Shown: in pieces, positions 7,955-14,971 of the stretch
Layout of the letters: the number at the start of each line of letters is the position of its first letter
Position numbering within the stretch: the first letter of the stretch is position 1
Notes under the pieces: model-generated
What the model was told of the DNA's origin: nothing
Database searches by the model: none
Seen by the model: only the letters and a program-made list of their open reading frames with translations
Program-made: the position numbers and the translations under genes
Source: Verrucomicrobiaceae bacterium
GTDB lineage: Bacteria; Verrucomicrobiota; Verrucomicrobiia; Verrucomicrobiales; Verrucomicrobiaceae
Reading direction: 5' to 3'
DNA: 40,786 bases
Assembly: GCA_028293175.1 (NCBI GenBank)
Contig: JAQGPI010000620.1
Coordinates: forward strand, 1-40,786

Positions 7955-9133
7955 TCATTCGGGGAAAACGCAGACGACCGCCGTACAGTTGTGGAATCCG
8001 CTGAACTGGCCATCAACGCGGGCAATCTGTCCGTAGGTATTGCATCCGGCAAAAGGGACGCTCCCAAGGGTCTGGCGAAGGCCATCAAGCTCTATTCCGA
8101 AATTCTTGCCCAATCTGAGCCGGGTGGCAACGCAATCAAAGAAAAGGGCGACCTTTGGTTTGTGACCCTGAAGCTGCTCGAGTGCATCCCTGGTTGCATG
8201 GACAGCGGCTTCTTGCGCTGATTCAGCGTCAGTCGCCATGATGCAGACAATGGAGCCGACAGGCACCTCCGCAGCACAGCCTACCGTCCCATCAGAGCCA
8301 ACGGCCAGGGGAACCCGCAGCTTGTATCCCCCGGAGGTTTGTATGCCAAGGATGTTATGGAGGAAGAAGGGCAGCGGGTCCTTTTCGTCGAATTTCTGCG
8401 AGGTTCTTGCCGCATGTTCCCTGAAAACCTCTACAGCCGGAATGCCATTAAGGCTGGCGAGGAGGGGGCCCGCGGACTCGGTCACTCGCATGAGATCACT
8501 CGCCCGGGTCCAGCCGTGGCGTACGCCAATCCCAATGGGCTTCGAAGACAATATCTCCAGAACCACCACCGCATCCGAGGAAACTTCGGTCCCACAAATG
8601 ACCTGTGTGCTTTTGAAGTTGGCGTCATCACCTGCCCCGCCACCGAAGAACTGGTAATTCCCACCTGTACGAAGGGTTAGCGCCTCAATAAGCTCATCAG
8701 CATGGCCTGCCAGCGCATCCGTGAGAACCAGTGCCGAGCTGTAGGCGCTTGGCACCAGCTGCCGTGCAGTCACTGATTTGAGGACTTCGTCTGCGGCCCG
8801 TTCACGGTCCTCGCTCAGGCGATGTCCGATACCCGCAGTGAAACTCATTTCATTTGAGCAGATAGCGATGGCGCATGCGTAACCCTGGTTCTGGATCTCG
8901 TGTGTGAATTCTCCGGCGGAGGAGCAACCCACCAAGGCCTCAGGCGTGCACCTTTCCGTGAGGGCTGCGGCCAAGGCCTTCACATCGTAGCGAGGTGACA
9001 CAAAGAGGATGACCGCTTGCGGAGCCCGCCCTCCAAAAGCCTTCAATATGTCATCCCCGAGGGTTCGGCCTGTTTCAATGCTGTCCGGGAGATTGCAATG
9101 AACGACGGTGGTAAGGGTCGATGGGGAAGTCAT
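7955..9133 (-). CDS. FIST-domain sensory protein
   Basis: FIST_N/FIST_C-like layout (APQAVILFVSPRYD, YQFFGGGAGDD, ALFFDCVATRLRLG). Its stop is 3 nt from the kinase start, so the two are probably an operon. I prefer the start at ATG 9133 (MTSPSTL). The track start at 9352 adds an Arg/Ser-rich, non-protein-like 73 aa. Confidence 0.85.
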   Translation of the reverse strand: MTSPSTLTTVVHCNLPDSIETGRTLGDDILKAFGGRAPQAVILFVSPRYDVKALAAALTERCTPEALVGCSSAGEFTHEIQNQGYACAIAICSNEMSFTAGIGHRLSEDRERAADEVLKSVTARQLVPSAYSSALVLTDALAGHADELIEALTLRTGGNYQFFGGGAGDDANFKSTQVICGTEVSSDAVVVLEILSSKPIGIGVRHGWTRASDLMRVTESAGPLLASLNGIPAVEVFREHAARTSQKFDEKDPLPFFLHNILGIQTSGGYKLRVPLAVGSDGTVGCAAEVPVGSIVCIMATDAESAQEAAVHATRDALEQLQGHKPKVALFFDCVATRLRLGKNFGIELDGLRQTLGSVPFAGCNTYGQIARVDGQFSGFHNCTAVVCVFPE

Positions 9134-9457
9134 TTGATGGCCGGTTGGGATCAGAGGGAGTGGAGCCCTCAGGATTGAAGCGTAAGGATTTAAGAATGAG
9201 GAATGGTCAAACGTCGCTTTCGTCCCTGTTGATACGGTCCTTGGTCTGCGCCTGCGCCTATTCGGGGACCCCAAACTGGCCATACGTCGCGACTGCGCGG
9301 GAGAAAAAATACCGTCCGCGACCAGGTTCGAGGAAGGCTGCTCGATAACCACAAAACACGTACGATGTTGGAGCTTGAGAAAAAAGCGGGAGCCTGGTCA
9401 ACGGTGGTCTTAGCTGTACTCACTCTTTAGCGCCGCCGACGTGGCAAAACGTCATTT

Positions 9458-9688
9458 CTATGGCTGCCCTGGGACGTCAGACAAGGCTTCCATGTCGCCC
9501 TCATCCATATTGCCCATGCTGATGCCGCCCTCCGAACATGGCCAGCTCGCCACGTAGCGAATAACGTCGTCATCCCCACCGGGGCCTCGATAAGCCCCGC
9601 GAGGAACATGCCTCTGAATCGTAAACACCGTGCCGGAACCGCCCTTGCTGATGACCTGCTGACCGATACGAAAAAGTGGTTCGCTCAT
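9458..9688 (-). CDS. small protein, DUF2158 (YodC)-like N-terminus
   Basis: 76 aa. FRIGQQVISKGGSGTVFTI resembles the F.GD.V.LKSGGP.MTV signature recalled for DUF2158. It is a paralog-like neighbour of 9803..10024. Confidence 0.45.
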   Translation of the reverse strand: MSEPLFRIGQQVISKGGSGTVFTIQRHVPRGAYRGPGGDDDVIRYVASWPCSEGGISMGNMDEGDMEALSDVPGQP

Positions 9689-9802
9689 AATGACCCCCCG
9701 CTACACACATTCCATTGGCAATCAGAGTTTTAAAGCCGTGAAGCCGTTCTAGGGACAAGGCGCGTTGACGTCAACTCAAAAGGCCGGTTGAAGCGAACTG
9801 TG

Positions 9803-10024
9803 TCACTTCGCAAGCAGAGGCAACGGAGTAAGCCAGCTTTCGGGATATATGACTTCGCGGCGAAACCGTTGAAGCAAATAGAGAACCTCACCCCGGTACG
9901 TCTCACTGATTGGATGGTCTTCACTCAGGAAAGCCTTGGCCATGACAATATAACTGCCGAGCGAACCAACGCCGCTTTTTACCATTACCACTTGCCCTGG
10001 CTGAAACGTCTGCTCCTGCTTCAT
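9803..10024 (-). CDS. small protein, DUF2158 (YodC)-like N-terminus
   Basis: 73 aa. FQPGQVVMVKSGVGSLGSYIV has the same N-terminal pattern as 9458..9688. Confidence 0.45.
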   Translation of the reverse strand: MKQEQTFQPGQVVMVKSGVGSLGSYIVMAKAFLSEDHPISETYRGEVLYLLQRFRREVIYPESWLTPLPLLAK

Positions 10025-10224
10025 ATTTCGGTTTCCAGCGCTTACGCGGGGCGGTCACCGTTCGCGTGCGTATTTGCCTATAGACAGTTTAAAAAGTGGC
10101 AGCCCAGGACAGTGCGCGAAGCTCCAGCCTGCGGTTGCTATTGGCGTGGGTGGGCGTGTCTAGTTGGACGCGCCTGGAGAGCGATGCATACACGCGCTGC
10201 CAGACGGCCCATCGAATAGCAGGT

Positions 10225-10410
10225 ATGAGTGATGATGACGCCACAAAACGCTTGGCCCAAGACAGCAGCAAAATCCGCTCGAGCGAGGACGATGAGCTTC
10301 CGACCTACACCGAGAAATTCGGCGTCACCGAAGATGAAATCAAAAAGGCGTCAGAGGCGGTAGTCAACGGAGGCAAGAATGTTGAGGAACATCTGGCGAA
10401 CAAGAAGTAG
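10225..10410 (+). CDS. DUF3606-like small protein
   Basis: From the internal ATG 10225: MSDDDATKRLAQDSS...YTEKFGVTEDEIKKASEAVVNGGKNVEEHLANKK. This matches the remembered DUF3606 pattern (..W..KFGVSEEEL..AV..VG.....V...L). It lies 9 nt upstream of SRAP copy 2. Confidence 0.6.
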   Translation: MSDDDATKRLAQDSSKIRSSEDDELPTYTEKFGVTEDEIKKASEAVVNGGKNVEEHLANKK

Positions 10411-10419
10411 TGATCACTC

Positions 10420-11130
10420 ATGTGCGGCCTTTATTCCTCCACCAAACGGGAGATCAGAGCTCTTGAACGCGAGTTCGAACTCAATGACGTTCATATTATT
10501 CCCCGGTTCAACATCGCTCCAACGCAGACAGCCCCGGTAATCATCCAGGAAGAGAGCGGTCGCCACGCTCTCCGCGACTACCGGTGGGGTCTGCTTCCAT
10601 TCTGGGCCAAGAATATTAGTGAGGGGGCCCGCATGATTAACGCCCGGTCAGAAACGCTGGCCACGATGAACGCCTACCGTTCCGCCTTCAAGTCACGGCG
10701 TTGCCTGGTAGTAGCCGATGGATTTTACGAGTGGATCCAGACGACCAAACCAAAGCAGCCAGTGCGCTTCATCCTCAAGGATCATGAGACCCCGATGTTG
10801 ATGGCTGGCCTGTGGGAGACGTGGAAAGATCCCAACGCTGAAGAGCCGCTTCACACCTTCACGATTTGCACGACGACGGCAAACGAGCTGGTGACACCCG
10901 TGCATGATCGAATGCCTGTCATTCTGCCGCCAATGCACTGGCACCAGTGGCTTGATCCGAACGCCTCCAGCGAGAATCTTCAGGCTTTGCTCACTCCACT
11001 CCAGGCCGATCTGATGGACTGTTACCAAGTAACGCCCAGGATGAACAATGCGAAGTTCGAGGACCCTGCGGCGTCAATGAAGTACGAGGCCGAGTTGCCC
11101 GAGGCTGAGCTGCCTTTGAATTCACAGTAA
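10420..11130 (+). CDS. SOS response-associated peptidase (SRAP / YedK family), copy 2
   Basis: 236 aa. Motifs: MCGLY (Cys2), FNIAPTQ, RMINARSETL, RCLVVADGFYEW and HDRMPVILP. Confidence 0.92.
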   Translation: MCGLYSSTKREIRALEREFELNDVHIIPRFNIAPTQTAPVIIQEESGRHALRDYRWGLLPFWAKNISEGARMINARSETLATMNAYRSAFKSRRCLVVADGFYEWIQTTKPKQPVRFILKDHETPMLMAGLWETWKDPNAEEPLHTFTICTTTANELVTPVHDRMPVILPPMHWHQWLDPNASSENLQALLTPLQADLMDCYQVTPRMNNAKFEDPAASMKYEAELPEAELPLNSQ

Positions 11131-11135
11131 GGGCT

Positions 11136-11423
11136 TCATAGACCCCAAAGATGACCGCTCAGGGCGTGGGTAAGAAGGACAGCGTCTTCGCGCGTCGATG
11201 AAGAGCCGGGCCAGTCATGACAGAATTCCTGATGAAGGTAGGTTTCAAGAGCTTCGATCAGCTTGAGCGCAAAAGCATCGGCTTCAACGCATTCACAGAG
11301 CTCAATCACAGTGAAAGCAAGGGCCTCAACTTCAAGTATCGTAAGCCTGCGCCTTGAGCTTTCGGCTAACAGGAAACGAATGCAGCTCAGGTTGTTGAGC
11401 GCTTGTTCTTTGGATTCTGTCAT
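11136..11423 (-). CDS. hypothetical small acidic protein
   Basis: 95-aa ORF, convergent with SRAP copy 2 (5-nt gap). It starts MTESKEQ. No motif recognised. Confidence 0.4.
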   Translation of the reverse strand: MTESKEQALNNLSCIRFLLAESSRRRLTILEVEALAFTVIELCECVEADAFALKLIEALETYLHQEFCHDWPGSSSTREDAVLLTHALSGHLWGL

Positions 11424-11522
11424 GAATGCAGTGTTGGTGGGAGGATTTCAACCTTTCGCACCCCGCCTATTTCATGGTCCTATAGGCTGGCCCTTTTCAT
11501 GACCTGCTCCTCAGTGCCACGT

Positions 11523-11900
11523 CTACGCCGCATTCGCCAAGGCCTGAAGGCATACCTCAGCACGCAGATAGCTAAGCGTTTGCTGGGCGGTCAAGCTCCG
11601 AAGCTTCGACTCGATTTTCACCCAATCCAGCATTGACCAGAGCTGGAGCAGTGGCATGCCGTCTGAACTCAGCGCGAGTGTGCTGCCACAGGGACAGTTT
11701 GCGAACATCAACGTTCCTAGAGGCTTGAGTGGATGCCAATCGCCGCACTCCACATCGAAACACACGGCTGGCCCAAGGTGTTGAACCGTTTGCAGGTATC
11801 CGTGAAGCGAACCGTACTGATGACCACAGCACCCGCAGGTTTTCGGGAAAAGTCCTTCCAACTGTTCTCGCAGGGCATGAAACGCGGTGGATTCCGTCAT
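11523..11900 (-). CDS. hypothetical Cys-rich protein (possible Zn-binding)
   Basis: From the internal ATG 11900: MTESTAFHALREQLEGLFPKTCGCCGHQYG...CFDVECGDWH...FANCPCGS. There are several CxxC-like pairs. The track ORF starts at 11990. Confidence 0.45.
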   Translation of the reverse strand: MTESTAFHALREQLEGLFPKTCGCCGHQYGSLHGYLQTVQHLGPAVCFDVECGDWHPLKPLGTLMFANCPCGSTLALSSDGMPLLQLWSMLDWVKIESKLRSLTAQQTLSYLRAEVCLQALANAA

Positions 11901-11929
11901 ATTCAGAATATGCGTGTGCGACAGCATCG

Positions 11930-12289
11930 ATGGCCATGCATGTGGAAGACCACCCGATGGATTATGCCGACTTCGAGGGCACCATACCAAAAGGGAATTA
12001 TGGCGCTGGCACTGTGATGGTCTGGGACCAGGGCGTGTACGAAGACATCACCGGCAACGCGACCTCAGCCTACTACAAGGGCAAGCTGCATATCGTCATG
12101 GAGGGCAAGAAGCTCAAGGGCGAGTGGATATTGGTGAAGGATCGCAGAGACCAGGACGAAGGTAATCGCTGGCTTCTGATCAAGGCAGGCAAACCGTTAA
12201 AGCTCTCTGCAAAGGCTGATGATACTTCGGTGATCAGCGGACGCTCCATGGCCAAAATTGCCAAAGACAATGATGCGCAGTGGCACAGC
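11930..12289 (+). pseudogene. 5'-truncated LigD 3'-phosphoesterase (LigD_N) domain remnant
   Basis: (A)MHVEDHPMDYADFEGTIPKGNYGAGTVMVWDQG...GKLHIVMEGKKLKGEWILVK...WLLIKAG...SVISGRSMAKIA matches the C-terminal two thirds of the LigD PE domain. The N-terminal FV.QKH..HYDFRLE segment, including its histidines, is absent. No ligase or polymerase domain follows. Confidence 0.7.
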
Positions 12290-12301
12290 ACTACGCCGGA
12301 G

Positions 12302-12688
12302 GAAATCCCCATGAGCGGAATAAGCGATGGACCGCTTCTTTGGCTTCTTCCGTACCACTCGTCCCTCCGGCGTCTTCCCGATCTTTTGAGTGAGCACATT
12401 TGAGAAGATGAATGGGAAAAACTGATGCCTTGCCACTGCTTCTGGATCAGTCGCCATCCTCACTGCCGCTTCGCGATTCAGGGGCAAGTCGAAGTGAACG
12501 TAGCCTCGGGGTCTGTATTGGAACTCACACATAAAAATGCGCTTAACCGATGGCGGCACGATGGTTTCGCGGCAGTCCTTAGACCGCCACCGGTTGAAGC
12601 TGAAAATACCGGACAATGAGTGACCTTCACTCCTTTCCGGGCCGCTAAGAGAATGGCTCCATTTGCAGGAACGGATCCGAAGACACAC
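12302..12688 (-). pseudogene. 3'-truncated N-terminal remnant of a defence-associated (UG/Abi-type) reverse transcriptase
   Basis: YVHFDLPLNREAAVRMATDPEAVARHQFFPFIFSNVLTQKIGKTPEGRVVRKKPKKRSIAYSAHGD parallels the N-terminal region I recall for these RTs (FD......V..P..V..H.FYPFI...K.R.I.Y.SH.D). The similarity stops here. No fingers/palm region or YxDD motif follows in any frame. Confidence 0.45.
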
Positions 12689-12849
12689 CCCAGGTCCTTA
12701 ATACCTGGGCAGGCCATTTTCTGTGAATGAAGGGATGAATACACATCTGGATGATGCGCTCAGTTTCACTCGAAGATGAAGGCCACCACATCAAAGCCCC
12801 CATCTGGAATCAAGTCAAAAAAACGCCTTGTATCACAATGTAGTATTCA

Positions 12850-12880
12850 AGGATGTTTGAGGATGTTTGAGGATGTTTGG
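12850..12880. repeat. perfect tandem direct repeat, 3 x 10 bp (aggatgtttg)
   Basis: aaggatgtttgaggatgtttgaggatgtttgg, read directly. It lies in the AT-richer spacer between the integrase stop (13009) and the RT remnant. Confidence 0.9.
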
Positions 12881-13008
12881 AACGCAATTTTCCTTTAAAA
12901 ATTGCTAATTTCTCCGCGCCTTATCCCCTTCCACACCAACTGCCTCTCGCCGGCGGGATCTAGACCAACGCCTTGAAAATCCACTTCCAATGGACCCAAC
13001 GCAGGAGA

Positions 13009-14241
13009 TTAAATGGAGGGCAGAAGGTCTATCGCATCCTTCAACTTATCCATCTCCTGATGTGTGTAGATCTGATGTATTTTGGCATCACGATGACCCG
13101 TGAGTTTTTGACGCACCTCTGGAGACACCCCAGCGTTTGCGAGAGACGAGGTGAAACTGTGGCGCAGGCTGTGGAAACTGAGGGAATTCCGTGCGCGTCC
13201 TTTGTTCCCTTGCGCATCGATCTTTTTACCAACGACTCCAGCTCTGGCCATGATCCGTGCAAACATCATGCTCAAACCACTGCTCCCACTGGTCGCCATG
13301 CCAAAGACGGCTGGGAAAATCGGGCTGTTCGTATTCTTGGGTTTTCCCAGTAAACTCAGGTAGCTGACAAGACGGGGATGAGTTGGGATGATCACCTCTT
13401 CGCCTGTCTTAGCTGCGTTGAACGTGACCGCAGCATGATTCCTACTCAGGTTGTTCCATTTCAGATTCGTAATGTCCCGCAGGCGCATCCCGGTGAAGAA
13501 GCCAAACAAGATGAGGCCTTTCCAATCGGATTCGGCTTCACTCACAAGCTTCGCAACCTGTTCGGGAGAGAACACACCTTTGGTGAACTTCTCTCCCTTC
13601 GGCACTCTGTCGAACCCTTTGGCCGGATTCAGTTTGAGGTGACCAAGCTCGGTTGCCCGCTTAAACGCCATCGAAAGTGTCTTGACGGCGAGGTTAACTG
13701 TCGCCGATGCCTTGCCATCGCAGCTGCTTGCCCTTTGGAAGGGAACGATGTCATCCATGCCTATTGTCCCAAGGGCGGCAGACCTTCTCGTCTCAGGCAG
13801 AGAATTCAGAAAGTCATCGATCACCCCCTTGTAACGAGCGAGGGTGCCGTTACTCCGCTTCGCGCTGGCCTTCGAGTCCAGCCAGAACCAAAGCCAACTT
13901 TCGATGGTGTAGCTGTTCAGCGGCTTCCCTGTCGCCGCCTCTGTGAGGCGCTGGAGGTGATCCGTCGCCGTTCGGATGTTCAGCAATCCACCTGCAGCGT
14001 CTTCAACCGCCTCCCGCAGGATCTGCACGTACTTACGTCCCTTCTCGTCAGTCGTCCCCTGCTCCTCAAGGGCGAGTATCTCGAACTTCTTCGCTTCCAC
14101 CATAGCGTCGTCACGCTTCTCCTTTTTGGTGCTGCGCTTGACGAGCTTCCATCTGATCCGGCCATCTTCGGTCCTCTCTTGCGGAATGCGGTAAAAAGCG
14201 AAATAATAGGGCGATCCCGGTTGACGATGAACTGATGCCAT
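13009..14241 (-). CDS. site-specific tyrosine recombinase (phage-type integrase)
   Basis: 410 aa. N-terminal SAM-like/arm region. Catalytic region: GMRLRDITNLKW (Arg), HSLRHSF (H-x-x-R) and LTGHRDAKIHQIYTH (His/Tyr). Confidence 0.95.
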   Translation of the reverse strand: MASVHRQPGSPYYFAFYRIPQERTEDGRIRWKLVKRSTKKEKRDDAMVEAKKFEILALEEQGTTDEKGRKYVQILREAVEDAAGGLLNIRTATDHLQRLTEAATGKPLNSYTIESWLWFWLDSKASAKRSNGTLARYKGVIDDFLNSLPETRRSAALGTIGMDDIVPFQRASSCDGKASATVNLAVKTLSMAFKRATELGHLKLNPAKGFDRVPKGEKFTKGVFSPEQVAKLVSEAESDWKGLILFGFFTGMRLRDITNLKWNNLSRNHAAVTFNAAKTGEEVIIPTHPRLVSYLSLLGKPKNTNSPIFPAVFGMATSGSSGLSMMFARIMARAGVVGKKIDAQGNKGRARNSLSFHSLRHSFTSSLANAGVSPEVRQKLTGHRDAKIHQIYTHQEMDKLKDAIDLLPSI

Positions 14242-14339
14242 ACATCACTGGTAACACCAGTGGTAACATTTGTCAATATTTCGTCATGTTCACGGAAGGC
14301 TGGATCCCTTGATTCTACAACAAACAGCACGAAAATTCA

Positions 14340-14383
14340 GATTTTGGATGGATACGTGAGTTCGATTCTCATCACCCGCTCCA
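14340..14383 (+). other. tRNA 3'-half remnant (T-arm, acceptor 3' strand, CCA); candidate att site
   Basis: T-stem gtgag, T-loop ttcgatt (consensus TTCGA), T-stem ctcat, acceptor strand cacccgc, discriminator t, then cca (14356-14383). The complementary 5' acceptor strand gcgggtg is absent from the preceding ~100 nt, so this is not an intact tRNA. Confidence 0.6.
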
Positions 14384-14971
14384 TTCTTTATAAATCAAGG
14401 CTTCTAGCGGCACCGTCTGGAAAGTCACCACAGGCCCTAACAAGGTCAGTGTAGTAGGCGTGGTGGAGACAAGGCAGAAAGCTGACAGGGGGTGGCATGT
14501 CCCCATCGCTTGGCTCTTTTTAGCACGCTCATTCTTCACCCCTTTGCGCCGAGAACGTTCCTTCCCTGGCAGTCTGCCGCGTGCGAGAGAGTTGGGAAGG
14601 AAACTGCGGAATGCCATCATCCTCGAGCTCCTGTGAGTGACCAGCACGGGAAGCCCGAAGGGTGTTGGGGTGGTCCGCTGCTTGGCAGGCATAAGGGGTA
14701 AAGGAGCGAAAGCTTGGATGGCGATCTATGCTTTCCTCTATTGCAATAATTTTGCCATAATGAGCACACTCCTTTCATCTTCTTCAAACTGCCGACATGA
14801 ACTGCCCAATGATAGTTCTCAGCGTACACCCGTTAGGGTTCGCTCTGTTGACGGTACTGCGATACCCCGAATTTTCCTTCCAAGAGTACGTCACTCTACT
14901 AGCATCCGCCGTCCTCTTACCCCCTCAGGCATCCTGTAGACGACCGCAACTTTCTCTCCGTTCTTCCCAAA

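Larger units (their letters stand above)
1..14383. mobile_element. putative integrase-associated genomic island (right end at the tRNA remnant; left boundary not resolved, may lie outside the window)
   Basis: The integrase is adjacent to a partial tRNA 3' end. The region is a mosaic of truncated genes (LigD, RT, SRAP fragments), repeats and same-strand small-ORF arrays. Base composition looks patchy by eye compared with the uniform core to the right. Confidence 0.35.

Noticed and set aside
9764-9775. Perfect 12-bp palindrome gttgacgtcaac between the two DUF2158-like genes
   Set aside because: About ten perfect 12-bp palindromes are expected by chance in 40 kb. There is no second copy and no supporting context.
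13378-14235. 285-aa plus-strand ORF
   Set aside because: It is antisense to the integrase, which carries the R/HxxR/Y catalytic motifs.
14300-14383. An intact tRNA, or a tmRNA 3' end
   Set aside because: The 5' acceptor strand complementary to cacccgc is missing, and no D or anticodon arms can be drawn. The acceptor would have G3:C70 rather than the G3:U70 expected for tmRNA, and the upstream DNA is integrase leader. Only a 3' remnant is supported.
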